DNA of 64,000 nt from an uncultured delta proteobacterium (GTDB taxonomy: Bacteria; Desulfobacterota; Syntrophia; Syntrophales; UBA5619): assembly GCA_963817385.1 (NCBI GenBank), contig CAWFOM010000008.1, forward strand, positions 32,001-96,000. Direction: 5' to 3'. A program made the translations under genes and the position numbers. Position 1 is the first letter of the stretch; each line of letters opens with the position of its first letter. The notes beneath the pieces were generated by a model. That model saw nothing but the letters and a program-made list of their open reading frames with translations, ran no database searches and was not told the DNA's origin. Positions 41,668 to 52,919 of this stretch are shown piece after piece.

Positions 41668-43464
41668 ATGGACAATATCAGGAACTTCAGCATTATCGCT
41701 CACATCGATCACGGCAAGTCGACCTTGGCCGACCGCATGATCCAGTACGCCGGCGTCGTCGATGACCGTAATTTTCAGAATCAGATTCTCGATAATATGG
41801 ATATCGAGCGGGAGCGAGGGATCACGATCAAGAGCCAGGCGATCTCTCTCCCCTATCGGGCTAAGGACGGCCGGACCTACACCCTGAACCTCATCGATAC
41901 GCCGGGCCACGTCGACTTCACCTACGAAGTGTCGCGGTCGCTCGCCTCCTGCGAGGGGGTCCTGCTTTTGATCGACGCGGCCCAAGGCGTCCAGGCCCAG
42001 ACGCTCGCCAACCTCTATCTCGCAATGGAGCACGACCTCGCGATCATCCCCGTCATCAACAAGATCGACCTCCCCTCGGCGGACGTGGAGCGGGTCATCG
42101 AACAGATCGACTCCGAACTGGGCCTTGATCCGGACACCCATCTGAAGTGTTCGGCCAAGGAGGGAATCGGGATCGTAGAGATCCTCGAGGCAATCGTGGA
42201 GCGGATACCGCCGCCCACGGGAGACCCGGAAGCTCCGCTCGCCGCGCTCATCTTCGACGCCAAGTACGACGCCTTCCGGGGAACGGTGATCACCTGCCGG
42301 ATCTTCACAGGGACGGTGAAGGCCGGCGACACCATCCGTCTCATGTACAATAACGCTACCTACCGAGTGGAAGAGGTCGGCCATTTTATCCTTACCCGTG
42401 AGAAAAGGGAACGGCTTGCGGCAGGCGAGGTCGGTTACATTATCGCCGGCGTGAAGACCGTATCCGACGTCCGGACAGGCGACACGATTACCCTCGACAA
42501 CCGCCCCTGCGCGAAACCGCTTCCCGGCTTCAAGGAGGTGAAACCGGTCGTTTTCGCCTCGATCTATCCCATCGCCTCGGACGATTACGAGGACCTGGCA
42601 GTATCCTTGGAGAAGTTCAAACTCAACGACGCCTCCTTCATTTACGAAAAAGACTCCTCGGCGGCCCTGGGACAGGGGTTCCGCTGCGGTTTTCTGGGAC
42701 TCCTCCACCTCGATATCGTCCAGGAACGCCTTGAGCGGGAGTATGACCTTTCCATCATTCTCTCGGTCCCCAGCGTCCGTTACCGGTTCACCCTGCGGGA
42801 CGGGACACTCGTCTACGTGGACAACCCAACCCACTACCCCGAACCGATGTCGATCATCAAATCCGAAGAGCCGTATATCAGGGCATCGATGATGCTCCCC
42901 GAGCGCTACCTCGGCGCCGTCATGAAGCTCTGCATGGAGAAGCGCGGGGTAAACTCGATACTCAATTACCCGAATCCCGGCCGGGCGGAGCTGATCTACG
43001 AGATGCCGCTTGCCGAGGTGATCTTCGACTTCTACGACCGCTTCAAGTCCGTGACCCAGGGGTACGGCTCGTTCGACTACGACCTGATCGACTACCGGGA
43101 GAGCACCCTTGCCCTCCTGGACATCCTCGTGAACGGCGAAAAAGTCGATGCCCTCTCGCAGATCGTCCATCGCGAACGGGCGCGCGCCCGGGGCTTGCAG
43201 GCCTGCGAGCGGCTGAAGGAGGAGATCCCCCGTCAGATGTTCAAGATCGCGATCCAGGGGGCGATCGGCGGCGAGATCATATCCCGTTCGACCATCTCCG
43301 CCTTCCGGAAGGACGTAATCGCCAAGTGCTACGGGGGCGACATCTCCCGAAAACGGAAGCTTCTTGAAAAACAGAAAAAAGGGAAAAAACGGATGAAGAT
43401 GATCGGGAACGTCTCCATCCCGCAGAGCGCCTTCCTCGCGGTCCTGAAGTCCGATACGGAGTGA
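41668..43464 (+). CDS. lepA: Elongation factor 4
   Basis: IRNFSIIAHIDHGKSTLAD, GFRCGFLGLLH, KCYGGDISRKRKLL. Confidence 0.98.
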   Translation: MDNIRNFSIIAHIDHGKSTLADRMIQYAGVVDDRNFQNQILDNMDIERERGITIKSQAISLPYRAKDGRTYTLNLIDTPGHVDFTYEVSRSLASCEGVLLLIDAAQGVQAQTLANLYLAMEHDLAIIPVINKIDLPSADVERVIEQIDSELGLDPDTHLKCSAKEGIGIVEILEAIVERIPPPTGDPEAPLAALIFDAKYDAFRGTVITCRIFTGTVKAGDTIRLMYNNATYRVEEVGHFILTREKRERLAAGEVGYIIAGVKTVSDVRTGDTITLDNRPCAKPLPGFKEVKPVVFASIYPIASDDYEDLAVSLEKFKLNDASFIYEKDSSAALGQGFRCGFLGLLHLDIVQERLEREYDLSIILSVPSVRYRFTLRDGTLVYVDNPTHYPEPMSIIKSEEPYIRASMMLPERYLGAVMKLCMEKRGVNSILNYPNPGRAELIYEMPLAEVIFDFYDRFKSVTQGYGSFDYDLIDYRESTLALLDILVNGEKVDALSQIVHRERARARGLQACERLKEEIPRQMFKIAIQGAIGGEIISRSTISAFRKDVIAKCYGGDISRKRKLLEKQKKGKKRMKMIGNVSIPQSAFLAVLKSDTE

Positions 43465-44648
43465 GGGCGCCCGCATCCCGGACCATAACGAAGGCAACAT
43501 CTGCCATGACGGACCATCCTGAAGCGGGCAATCCCGCGGGCATCTACATCCACATCCCTTTTTGCGTGCAAAAATGCGGATACTGCGGCTTCTCCTCCAC
43601 GACAGACCGGGCGCTGATCCCCGATTTTCTCACGGCCCTGAGCAGAGAGGCGTTCTCCTACCGGGAGAAATGGGACCGATTCGATACCCTCTACATCGGC
43701 GGCGGGACCCCTTCCGTTCTTACGACGGATGATCTCGGGCGCATAATCGACACTATGCGAACGGCTTTCACGATCGCATCCGCTGCGGAGATCACCGTTG
43801 AAGTCAACCCCGGCGACATCAATGCGGCATATCTCCGGAGGATGCGCGTCGCCGGCGTGAACCGTCTCAATATCGGCTGCCAGTCATTCGACGACACAAC
43901 TCTCGGCTTCTTGGGCCGCCGCCATACGGCCCGGCAGGCGGGTGAGTCCATCCGCCTGGTCCGTGAGGCGGGTTTCGATAATTTCGGCATCGATCTCATC
44001 TACGGCATCCCCGGCCAGTCGATTGCCAACTGGAATGAAACCCTCGGGGAAGCCCTCTCCTTCGCGCCCGATCATCTCTCCTGCTACCAGCTCACCATCG
44101 AGGAGGGTACACCGCTCGCCGAGCTGCAACGGAAGGGAGAAGTTACCCTGCCCGGCGACGCGATCCAGGCCGATTTTTTCCTGATGACCTCCCGGATACT
44201 CGAAGAGGGCGGATACGATCACTATGAGGTTTCAAATTTCGCCCGCCTCTCCGAAACGCAATCACGTCACAATAAGAAATACTGGAACCATACTCCTTAT
44301 CTCGGCCTCGGCCCTGCCGCCCATTCCTTCGACGGCCGCGGACGCTGGTGGAACACCCGCTCCGTCGACGCCTACGTCGGTGAGCTTGCCGCGGGACGCC
44401 CGCCCGTGGCAGCTTCGGAGCTGCTCACCCCGGACCAACTGCGGATGGAAGCCCTGTTCCTCGGTTTTCGGACCAAGCGGGGGGTGGATCTGGGGGATTT
44501 CAAGAGGCGCTTCGGCTGTGATCTCGTTAAAGAAAAAAGGAAGATTCTGAAAACGCTCGCGGAGGAGGGTCTGGTGGAGATCCGGGACGGTTTTCTGCGG
44601 CCAACGCGCGCGGGGATGGCCGTGGCCGACAGCTTGGCCCTGATTTGA
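43461..44648 (+). CDS. hemW: Radical SAM heme chaperone HemW
   Basis: YIHIPFC-x3-C-x2-C, GGGTPS, YEVSNFA, HNKKYW; start 43461 or 43506. Confidence 0.88.
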   Translation: MRAPASRTITKATSAMTDHPEAGNPAGIYIHIPFCVQKCGYCGFSSTTDRALIPDFLTALSREAFSYREKWDRFDTLYIGGGTPSVLTTDDLGRIIDTMRTAFTIASAAEITVEVNPGDINAAYLRRMRVAGVNRLNIGCQSFDDTTLGFLGRRHTARQAGESIRLVREAGFDNFGIDLIYGIPGQSIANWNETLGEALSFAPDHLSCYQLTIEEGTPLAELQRKGEVTLPGDAIQADFFLMTSRILEEGGYDHYEVSNFARLSETQSRHNKKYWNHTPYLGLGPAAHSFDGRGRWWNTRSVDAYVGELAAGRPPVAASELLTPDQLRMEALFLGFRTKRGVDLGDFKRRFGCDLVKEKRKILKTLAEEGLVEIRDGFLRPTRAGMAVADSLALI

Positions 44649-44763
44649 GGTGGGCTGTTTTACCCGGTAAACGATTTCCTCTTCCCCGACGTTGGTTCCC
44701 GAGACAGGCAGAATCCGGGCGGCGACGGCCGGTGCCCCCTCCGGACCACCCCGGTCACGGCGG

Positions 44764-45126
44764 TTACGGCCGATCTGATTTCCTGTCGATATCAGGATTA
44801 TCTCCGTTTTTCCGGAAGTGTTTCACGAGGACATTGATTCCCACCAGAATCAGAAGGAGCGGGAGAAGGAAGGTTGCAATGGCGTAGATCTTCACCTCCA
44901 GGTTCTCTGAGATGAGAAAGATCAGACCGACACAACCGATGACCCACCCCCCGAGGTCATTCGCGCGTTGGAGCAGCGTCCCCAAGGCGATGACGATCAA
45001 AAGCAGGGGCCAGCTTTGACCAAAGCTCCAGACGTTCATCTTGCCCAGGATAATCAGTATCCCAAGCGTTATCATGATCATGCCTCCCGTCAGAATGCTT
45101 CTTTTTTCTCTCTGTTTCGCGGCCAT
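44764..45126 (-). CDS. LiaF/DUF5668-like four-TM membrane protein
   Basis: Four short TMs with WPLLLI and LPLLLI motifs; AAGGAGG SD. Confidence 0.7.
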   Translation of the reverse strand: MAAKQREKRSILTGGMIMITLGILIILGKMNVWSFGQSWPLLLIVIALGTLLQRANDLGGWVIGCVGLIFLISENLEVKIYAIATFLLPLLLILVGINVLVKHFRKNGDNPDIDRKSDRP

Positions 45127-45269
45127 GGCATGACCTCCTTTCCTTAGCACACGGACACCCGGTGACCTTCACCGCATGTGTCGCTTTTCCCCGGTAAGCC
45201 GTACGGTTCACCGAAGGAGGGTCGGCAAACGATAAACCGGGCGGTAAAGCTGCTCCCGTCGGCTCGTCA

Positions 45270-46028
45270 TCATAACTTCTCCGCCAATTTCAGGAATGGT
45301 TTGAACAGATCGATCGGAATGGGGAAGACCGTCGTGGAGTTATTCTCCGCCGCGATCTGGTTTAGGGTCTGGAGATAGCGGAGCTGGAGCGACATCGGCT
45401 GCGTCTCCATGAGGGCCGCCGCCTCGATCAGCTTCTGGGCCGCCTGGAACTCACCTTCCGCATTGATCACCTTTGCCCGCCGTTCCCGTTCCGCTTCAGC
45501 CTGTTTGGCAATCGCCCGTTTCATCTCCTCGGGCAAGTCAATCTGCTTGACCTCGACGTGGGAAACCTTGATCCCCCAGGGTTCAGTGCTCCTATCCAGG
45601 ATCTCCTGGAGACGGAGGTTGATCTTCTCCCGCTCGGAGAGGATCTCGTCAAGTTCCATCTGGCCGCAGACGCTCCGGAGGGTCGTCTGGGAGAGCTGCG
45701 AGGTGGCGTAAAGGTAATTCTCCACGTCGATCACGGCCGCGTTCGCGTCGATGACGCGGAAATAGACGACGGCGTTCACCTTGATCGAGACGTTGTCCCG
45801 GGTGATGACATCCTGAGGCGGGATATCCATCGTGATCGTCCGCATGTCGATCTTGACCATCTTATCGACGATGGGGATCAGGATGATGAGCCCCGGCCCC
45901 TTCGTGGCGATGACCCTTCCCAGACGGAAGATGACCCCCCGCTCGTACTCGTTGAGAATGCGGATGGCCGAAGCGAGGAACATGACGACCAAAACGACGA
46001 TGACGATGACTGGATACATTTCTGACAT
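45270..46028 (-). CDS. Slipin/stomatin (SPFH) family protein
   Basis: [44 protein letters not shown]. Confidence 0.95.
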   Translation of the reverse strand: MSEMYPVIVIVVLVVMFLASAIRILNEYERGVIFRLGRVIATKGPGLIILIPIVDKMVKIDMRTITMDIPPQDVITRDNVSIKVNAVVYFRVIDANAAVIDVENYLYATSQLSQTTLRSVCGQMELDEILSEREKINLRLQEILDRSTEPWGIKVSHVEVKQIDLPEEMKRAIAKQAEAERERRAKVINAEGEFQAAQKLIEAAALMETQPMSLQLRYLQTLNQIAAENNSTTVFPIPIDLFKPFLKLAEKL

Positions 46029-46041
46029 GACTGACCTCCCT

Positions 46042-47367
46042 TTACTTTTCTATGGGTTCTATCCTGACTTTCAGATTCTCCACACGGATCACCCGGACCT
46101 TGGCGCCCTTCGCCACGGGAACGTCGCTTACCGCGCTCCAGTACTCCCCGTGGATCATGACCTTTCCTTCTTCGAAGACATCGGTCACCGCCTCTCCCTC
46201 TTCGCCCGCCATCCCCTCCTGCCCGCCCTGCGTTTTCCGCAACTGGGACCTGACGGCGATTACGATGATGGCGATGAAAAAGAGCGACGTGACCGTCACC
46301 GCCGGGATCAGGACGCTCCAGGAAATCCGGAGGGAGGGGTCAGGGGTTTCGAAAAGCATCAGGGAACCGATGACGAGCGAGACGATCCCCCCAACGGTGA
46401 GGATCCCGTGGCTGACGACCTTGATCTCCGCGATGAAAAGGATGATGCTGAAGATGATCAGGGCAATCCCCGCATAGTTCACGGGGAGGGTCTGCATGGC
46501 AAAAAAGGCCATGATCAGACAAATGCCCCCGATCACGCCGGGAAGGATGACGCCTGGCGTGGAAAACTCGAAGTAGAGGCCGGCAAGGCCGATCAGGAGG
46601 AGGATGTAAGCGATGTTCGGATCGCTCAGCGCCGAGAGGATCTTCTGGCGGCTCCCCATCTTCTTTTCAAGTAGCACCGCGCCGTGCGTCCTGAGGACCT
46701 TTTTCCCGCCGGGGAGAGAGACTTCCCGGCCGTCGGCCTGCGCAAGCAACTGGCTGATATCGGTCGCCACCATGTCGATGACCTTGAGGCGAAGCGCCTC
46801 TTCGGCGGTGATCGATTCGCTCTTCCGGACCGCCTTTGCGACCCACTCTTCGTTTCTCCCCCGCTTTTTTGCAATGCCCTGGACATAGGCGACCGCATCG
46901 TTTTCCACTTTGGCGCTCATCGTCTTGTCCATCGCCCCCCCGATCCCCAGGCCGACAGGGTGAGCGGCGCCGATGTTCGTTCCCGGGGCCATCGCCGCGA
47001 TGTGCGCGGAGATCGTGATGATGACGCCGGCTGATGCCGCTCTCGCCCCGGCCGGTGCCACATAGACGATCACGGGGATGGGAGCGTTCAGGATCCCCTT
47101 GGCAATGTCCCGCATCGCCAGATCCAGGCCGCCCGGTGTATCAAGACGGATGATCAACCCCTCCACACCGCTCTGAGCGGCTTCTGCTATGCTTTGGATG
47201 ATATACTCGGCGATGGGAGGTGTGATCGTGGCGTTGACCGTGATCACGTCAAAGACCGGCGCCTTCGGCGCTGCCATCACCGGGTGCGCGGCGAGGACGA
47301 AAAACAGGAGCAGTGTGGTAATCTTGAGAACCGCGCAGATTCCCCTTCCCGCCATCTGTATTCTCAT
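46042..47367 (-). CDS. nfeD: NfeD membrane-bound serine protease (long form)
   Basis: [23 protein letters not shown] domain, C-terminal OB fold (GEYWSA); AAAGGGG SD before ATG 47367. Confidence 0.9.
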   Translation of the reverse strand: MRIQMAGRGICAVLKITTLLLFFVLAAHPVMAAPKAPVFDVITVNATITPPIAEYIIQSIAEAAQSGVEGLIIRLDTPGGLDLAMRDIAKGILNAPIPVIVYVAPAGARAASAGVIITISAHIAAMAPGTNIGAAHPVGLGIGGAMDKTMSAKVENDAVAYVQGIAKKRGRNEEWVAKAVRKSESITAEEALRLKVIDMVATDISQLLAQADGREVSLPGGKKVLRTHGAVLLEKKMGSRQKILSALSDPNIAYILLLIGLAGLYFEFSTPGVILPGVIGGICLIMAFFAMQTLPVNYAGIALIIFSIILFIAEIKVVSHGILTVGGIVSLVIGSLMLFETPDPSLRISWSVLIPAVTVTSLFFIAIIVIAVRSQLRKTQGGQEGMAGEEGEAVTDVFEEGKVMIHGEYWSAVSDVPVAKGAKVRVIRVENLKVRIEPIEK

Positions 47368-47405
47368 ATCGTTCAGCCCCTTTCTCTTTTCACGCCTTCG
47401 TCCCA

Positions 47406-48147
47406 TTATTTCGCATCGCCCCGGAGAGACTTCATGACCATCTGGACATCCTCCCAGACCTGTTTCTTCGCCCCGGGGTTTCTCAGCAGATACGCCGGAT
47501 GGTAGGTCGGCATCAGCGGAATCCCCTGATAGGTGTGGAAACACCCCCGCAGGACGCTGATGGGCGCTTCCGACTTCAGCAGGGTGTGGGCCGCAAAGGT
47601 TCCCAGTGCGCAGATCACCTTCGGACGGATCATCTGAAGCTGCCTGATCAGAAACGGCTCGCAGGCGGCGATCTCGTCCGGCTGGGGATTGCGATTCCCG
47701 GGCGGGCGGCACTTCAGGATGTTGCATATGTAGACTTCCTCCCTTTTGAGCCCCATCGCCCCGACGATCTTCGTCAGGAGTTGCCCGGCTCGCCCCACAA
47801 ACGGTCGCCCTTGGGCGTCTTCGTCCGCGCCCGGCGCCTCGCCGACAAAGACCAGTTCCGCCCGGGAAGAGCCCTCGCCGAAGACGAGACGGTGTCTCGT
47901 CTGATGCAGCAGGCAGCGCCGGCAGTCGCCGAGTTCCTCCCGGACCGTCTCCAGTGCACAACGATCCGCGCCGGCATGATCCTCCACCATCGGAGCCATT
48001 GCCTCCGCTGGCATCCGCTTCACCGCCGCCCTTATTCCGGAAGAGATAGGAGAGGGGTCTCCCCCCCGCCCTGTCAACACGCACCCGTTCCGAGAGAGAT
48101 CGTACGAGGTGCAGGAGCTCTTCCCTCGGTTCAGCTTCAGCGCTCAT
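47406..48147 (-). CDS. udg: Family 4 uracil-DNA glycosylase, apparently frameshifted at G7 (48061-48067)
   Basis: GEAPG, GRPFVG, KCRPPGNR, TYHPAY in frame 48080; probable true start ATG 48147, overlapping the coaBC stop, is in another frame. Confidence 0.85.
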
Positions 48148-49351
48148 TACGTATCATCCCGCCATCTCGAATCTTCTTCACCCGATCGAGGATGACACCG
48201 GCCACCTCCTGCTTGTCCATCAAGGGAAATGTCTCCACGGCACCCTCCCGGTCCATGATCCGGATGATATTGGTATCGGTCCGGAAGCCGGCCCCCGGCT
48301 CGGTCAGGTCGTTGGCTACGATAAAATCCATCCCCTTCTCCATTAGTTTGGTCCGGGCGTTTTCGATCAGATGGTCGGATTCCATCGAGAAACCGACGAC
48401 GATGCGGCTTCCCTTCGCCTGGCCGATCTCGGAGATGATGTCCGGGTTCCTCTCCAGACGTACGGTGAGCGGCCCCTCTTTCTTCTTGATTTTGATCGCC
48501 TGGCGGACCTCGGGCCGGTAATCGGACACGGCGGCGGCCTTGATCACAACCGTCGCCTCCTCCAGGCGGGCCATCACGGCATCACGCATCTCGAGGGCCG
48601 TCTTCACCGGGATGAATTCGATGCCGCGCGGAACGGAAAGTGCCGTCGGTCCGCTGATCAGCGTCACGGCAGCCCCTCTTCTCCTGGCGATAACCGCCAG
48701 GGCATATCCCATTTTGCCGGATGAGTAGTTGGTGATATACCGGACCGGATCGAATGGCTCCTGCGTGGGTCCCGCCGTCACGAGGATCCTCTCTTGACGA
48801 AGATCCTTCGGCGAGAGAATCGCCTCGATCTCTTCGACGATCTCCGGCGCATCCGGAAGCCTCCCCTGACCTTCGGTCCGACAGGCCAGCTCCCCGTACC
48901 CCGGCTCCAGGAGGGTATGGCCGCGGGAAACCAGCCGCTCAAGATTTTCCTTCACGATGGCATTTGCATACATTTTATCATTCATCGCCGGACAGATGAG
49001 GACGGGTGCGGTTGTCGCCATCAGGACCGTAGTCAGGAGATCGTCGGCAATACCTGCGGCCATCTTGCCGATGATGTTGGCCGTCGCCGGCGCGACGACG
49101 AGAATTTCGGCAAATTCGGCCAGCTTGATGTGGTCGATCTCATAGCGTCCGGTTAGCTGGAAGAGTTCCTTAGAAACCGGATTGCCGGACAGGGTCTCGA
49201 AGGTTAGCGGCGCGACGAACTCGCAGGCATGGTCGGTCATGACCACCCGGACATTCGCCCCGCGCCGCACCAACTCCCTGACCAGCTCGGCAGCCTTGTA
49301 TACGGCAATACCGCCGGTGACACCCAGAACGATTCGTCTCTCCTTCAACAT
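48137..49351 (-). CDS. coaBC: Phosphopantothenoylcysteine decarboxylase/ligase
   Basis: GVTGGIAVYK, APATAN, PAMN, TAGPTQE, NYSSGKMG, AAVSDY. Confidence 0.97.
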   Translation of the reverse strand: MLKERRIVLGVTGGIAVYKAAELVRELVRRGANVRVVMTDHACEFVAPLTFETLSGNPVSKELFQLTGRYEIDHIKLAEFAEILVVAPATANIIGKMAAGIADDLLTTVLMATTAPVLICPAMNDKMYANAIVKENLERLVSRGHTLLEPGYGELACRTEGQGRLPDAPEIVEEIEAILSPKDLRQERILVTAGPTQEPFDPVRYITNYSSGKMGYALAVIARRRGAAVTLISGPTALSVPRGIEFIPVKTALEMRDAVMARLEEATVVIKAAAVSDYRPEVRQAIKIKKKEGPLTVRLERNPDIISEIGQAKGSRIVVGFSMESDHLIENARTKLMEKGMDFIVANDLTEPGAGFRTDTNIIRIMDREGAVETFPLMDKQEVAGVILDRVKKIRDGGMIRNER

Positions 49352-49581
49352 GACGGTGCTCCTCTTTGAGCAGTGGAGTGAATAATTCTGTTAAACATAT
49401 AGCAATTATGCCAATTAAGATCAAGGAATTCATGCCATGCGGAATCAGCCGCGGTTTTTCGCCTTGCAAAACGACCTCAAAGTGACTATACCGCTCTCAA
49501 TCGAAGCTCTCCGCAGCAACCGGCTGAGGATCTTCGATCCTTCAGGGACAGTTCCTGATTCACCGCGGAGGGATAACGGTC

Positions 49582-50910
49582 ATGAAAAGGCACTTCTGGT
49601 TTACGATCACGGGCTTAATCCTGCTTATGGCAGGCGGATGCGCATGGTTTTTCATGACGATCGGGGAGGGCGACAGTCCTCAGGTCATTACCGAGGGGGA
49701 CCCCGGCATGCTCGGAAGACAGAAACTTCTCGCAGTCACCTTTTCGGATGCGGGGATGGGACTCCGCCATACGGAGATCATCATCACCCAGGACAACCGC
49801 CCCCGCGTCCTGTCTTCCCTCGAATATCCGGAGGCCGGCATCCGGCGGAAAGCGCTCTCCATCGCGGTGGATACTGCAGCCCTGAAGTTGCACGACGGCC
49901 CTGCTACTGTGACCCTGACGGCCGTCGATCATTCTCTCTGGAAGAACCGGACCGTGGTGGAACGGCCGGTGACGATCGACCTCCTACCGCCCCAGATCTT
50001 CCCGCTTAATCCCGCAAACCACATCAATCCAGGAGGTTCCTGTGTGGTTGCCTATCACCTGTCGGAGGCGGCTTCCCAGACGGGCGTCCAGGTCGGCAAT
50101 CTCTTCTACCCGGGCTATCCCGTCACGCTCTCGGGGAAACCCGGTTATGCGGCATATTTCGCCCTTCCGATGGATGCGTCGCCGGGTACGCCGCAAATCC
50201 GCATCATGGCTCGCGATCGGGCCGAGAATGAAACCCTGAGCGCTATCCCCGCCTTGATCCTGAAACGGAAATTCCGCAGCGACACGATGGTCCTTTCCGA
50301 CGCCTTCCTGGGGCAGAAGACACCGGAATTTCAGGCAATGATTCCCGCGCTCAGGGGTAAAACGGCCATTGAAACCTTTATCTACGTCAACACCCGGCTT
50401 CGCGACGAAAACCTTCAGACCATCCAGTCCGTGTGCCGGAAGTCGGAACCGCGACAGCTCTGGCAGGAGACCTTCATCCGGATGAAAAACGCCGCCCCCA
50501 TGGCACTTTTCGGCGACCGCCGGACCTATCTCTATGGCGGAAAACCGGCGGGCGAAAGCATCCATACGGGGGTGGACCTCGCATCCCTGGCCCACGCTCC
50601 GATCGAGGCCGCCAACGCCGGCATCGTACGTTTCGCCGGCCCGCTCGGGATCTACGGCAATGCCATCATCATCGATCATGGTCTCGGGCTGGCAACCCTT
50701 TACGGCCACCTGAGCGCCATCGCGGTCCGCCCGGATCAGAGCGTGAAGCGGGGCGAGGCCATCGGTACGTCGGGCGCAAGCGGGCTCGCCGGCGGGGATC
50801 ACCTCCATTTCAGCGTTATGGTCAATGGGCAGTTCGTCGATCCCCGTGAATGGTGGGACCCCCACTGGATTGAAGACAACGTTACGAAGAAGTTGGCGGC
50901 GGGTTCTTAG
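49582..50910 (+). CDS. M23 family metallopeptidase
   Basis: HTGVD (HxxxD), YGN...DHG, DHLHF; N-terminal TM. Confidence 0.9.
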   Translation: MKRHFWFTITGLILLMAGGCAWFFMTIGEGDSPQVITEGDPGMLGRQKLLAVTFSDAGMGLRHTEIIITQDNRPRVLSSLEYPEAGIRRKALSIAVDTAALKLHDGPATVTLTAVDHSLWKNRTVVERPVTIDLLPPQIFPLNPANHINPGGSCVVAYHLSEAASQTGVQVGNLFYPGYPVTLSGKPGYAAYFALPMDASPGTPQIRIMARDRAENETLSAIPALILKRKFRSDTMVLSDAFLGQKTPEFQAMIPALRGKTAIETFIYVNTRLRDENLQTIQSVCRKSEPRQLWQETFIRMKNAAPMALFGDRRTYLYGGKPAGESIHTGVDLASLAHAPIEAANAGIVRFAGPLGIYGNAIIIDHGLGLATLYGHLSAIAVRPDQSVKRGEAIGTSGASGLAGGDHLHFSVMVNGQFVDPREWWDPHWIEDNVTKKLAAGS

Positions 50911-51773
50911 GATTTACCGATGTCCCGGTGGGCAATGTTTACGAAATAGCCTTTGTCGGCAAAGTAGGCCCCCAGATGGTTGGCCATAACGACGGAACGG
51001 TGATGGCCGCCTGTGCAGCCGAGGGCGATGTTGAAGCGGGACTTTCCTTCCTTCTCGTAAAGTGGAATGAGAAACGCCATCAGATCGAACAACTTCCTGA
51101 TAAAGATCTTTCCTCCTTCCGATTCAAGGACATAATCCCTGACCCGGGGGTCATGACCATCGCAGTAACGCAACTCGTCGTTGAAATGAGGATTGGGAAG
51201 GAAACGGACATCCAGAACCATGTCCGCATCTGCCGGCAACCCGTAGCGGTAACCGAAAGAGATCACGTGGATCACGAGTCTCTTCCCCGACTTTGTCCCA
51301 AGGAAGTAGTGTTGGACGACGTCCTTGAGCTGATGAACATTGCAGGAAGTGGTATCGATTACCTTGTCGGCCATCCGCTTCATCGATGCAAGTTTTTCCC
51401 GCTCCAGGCTGATGCCGTCCATAAGAGAACCACGCGGGGCGAGCGGATGCGATCGTCGTGTCTCGCTGAATCGGTGCAGGATCGCCTCGTCGGTAGCATC
51501 GAAAAAGAGGACTTTGATCCGGTAACCCTTTTCCTTAAGGCGGGTGAAGATCCGCGCGTATTTCGCCAGGAATCCCCTCTCCCGAAGATCCATGACCATT
51601 GCGACCCGCTTGATCTCCTTGGCGGGATCGGACTGGATCTCCAGAAATTTGGGCAAGAGAACCACCGGCAGGTTATCGACACAGAAAAAGCCGATGTCCT
51701 CGAGGGCCCTCAGGGCGGTACTTTTCCCTGACCCGGATAGTCCCGTTATGATAACCACTCGCAGCTGTTTCAT
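50907..51773 (-). CDS. rapZ: RNase adapter RapZ
   Basis: [39 protein letters not shown]. Confidence 0.95.
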   Translation of the reverse strand: MKQLRVVIITGLSGSGKSTALRALEDIGFFCVDNLPVVLLPKFLEIQSDPAKEIKRVAMVMDLRERGFLAKYARIFTRLKEKGYRIKVLFFDATDEAILHRFSETRRSHPLAPRGSLMDGISLEREKLASMKRMADKVIDTTSCNVHQLKDVVQHYFLGTKSGKRLVIHVISFGYRYGLPADADMVLDVRFLPNPHFNDELRYCDGHDPRVRDYVLESEGGKIFIRKLFDLMAFLIPLYEKEGKSRFNIALGCTGGHHRSVVMANHLGAYFADKGYFVNIAHRDIGKS

Positions 51774-51797
51774 TATCCGTTCCTTGCGGACATATCG

Positions 51798-52259
51798 TTA
51801 CGACTCGTTATCCTTTTCGGCGATGATCCGCACGAGATCATCATGCATTTTTGCCTCCAGCAGGTTCCTCCTGAAAACTCCGTCCTTCATCATCCGGGAG
51901 ATCTTCGCCAGGGCTTTGAGATGCTGACCGGTCGAATTCGCCGGCGCCATGAGTAGGAAAAAGAGATGGGCTGGCTTGCCGTCCATTGCCTCAAAGTCGA
52001 TCCCCTGCCTGCTCCTGCCGAAGGCAATCACCATCTCATCGAGACCCGCGATCTTGCCGTGGGGAATGGCAATCCCGTCACCGATACCGGTGCTTCCGAG
52101 CTTCTCCCGCTCAAGGAGGACGTGTAGCATTGCCTCGGGATCGACCCTGCACTCTCCCTTCGCAAAGACGCCGGCCAGTTCCGCCAGCGTTTCGCGCTTG
52201 TTTCCCGCCTTCATCTCATACAGAATGAACTCTTTCCTGAGCATCTTCGCAATATTCAT
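51798..52259 (-). CDS. ptsN: PTS IIA(Ntr)-like protein
   Basis: REKLGSTGIGDGIAIPHG, HLKALA. Confidence 0.9.
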   Translation of the reverse strand: MNIAKMLRKEFILYEMKAGNKRETLAELAGVFAKGECRVDPEAMLHVLLEREKLGSTGIGDGIAIPHGKIAGLDEMVIAFGRSRQGIDFEAMDGKPAHLFFLLMAPANSTGQHLKALAKISRMMKDGVFRRNLLEAKMHDDLVRIIAEKDNES

Positions 52260-52276
52260 GGTTCCTTCCCCAAACC

Positions 52277-52813
52277 TCAACGACTGATCTCCATCAGTGC
52301 GAATTTCCCATCTTCGCGACGATAGATGACGTTGACATTTTCCGTGGAGGAATCACGGTAGATCACAAACCGGTTTTTTGATGTCTCCATTTCCATGACC
52401 GCATCCTCAATGGACATCGGTTTCAACACGATTTTGCGGGTTTCGACCACCTTTGATTCCGGCGACTCGTCACCTTCTTCAGCCGCCAATTCGCCCTCGG
52501 CCGATCCGCTCCGGGAATGGTTGCTTTTGAAACCGCGGATCTTCTCCTTGTGTTTCTTCAGTTGCCGCTCGATCTTTTCAATGGCGTTGTCTATGGCCAA
52601 GTGCATATCCTTCTCTTCTTCCTTGCTGTTGACGTTCAAACCATTCGCCATCAGATTGATTTCCGCACTATTCCGGAATTTTTCAACCGAGAGGATGACA
52701 TGGGCATCCACCGGATTATCGATGTATCTCTTCAGTTTATTCAGCCGTTGCTCTACATATTCCTTCTGCCAGTCTTCCCCTTCTGCATTCCTGAAGGTTA
52801 CAGAAATTTTCAT
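52277..52813 (-). CDS. hpf: Long hibernation promoting factor (HPF/RaiA)
   Basis: AID...KIERQLKKHK; C-terminal KPMSIEDAV..VIYRREDG. Confidence 0.92.
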   Translation of the reverse strand: MKISVTFRNAEGEDWQKEYVEQRLNKLKRYIDNPVDAHVILSVEKFRNSAEINLMANGLNVNSKEEEKDMHLAIDNAIEKIERQLKKHKEKIRGFKSNHSRSGSAEGELAAEEGDESPESKVVETRKIVLKPMSIEDAVMEMETSKNRFVIYRDSSTENVNVIYRREDGKFALMEISR

Positions 52814-52919
52814 GATCATCTCCTCCTGTGTCTGATTTACCCGCTCCCGCCATCAGCCGGGTTATCTGTTGGATCGGCAATACCGTAGGCTATGCGTATT
52901 TGCTTGACTTGATCCCGCG

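Noticed and set aside
41401..43500. 699-aa ORF antisense to lepA, and similar long antisense ORFs over topA, trmFO, rpoN, kdsD and the Ldh gene
   Set aside because: Shadow ORFs expected from GC-rich codon bias; no motifs, and the opposite strand encodes a clear conserved protein
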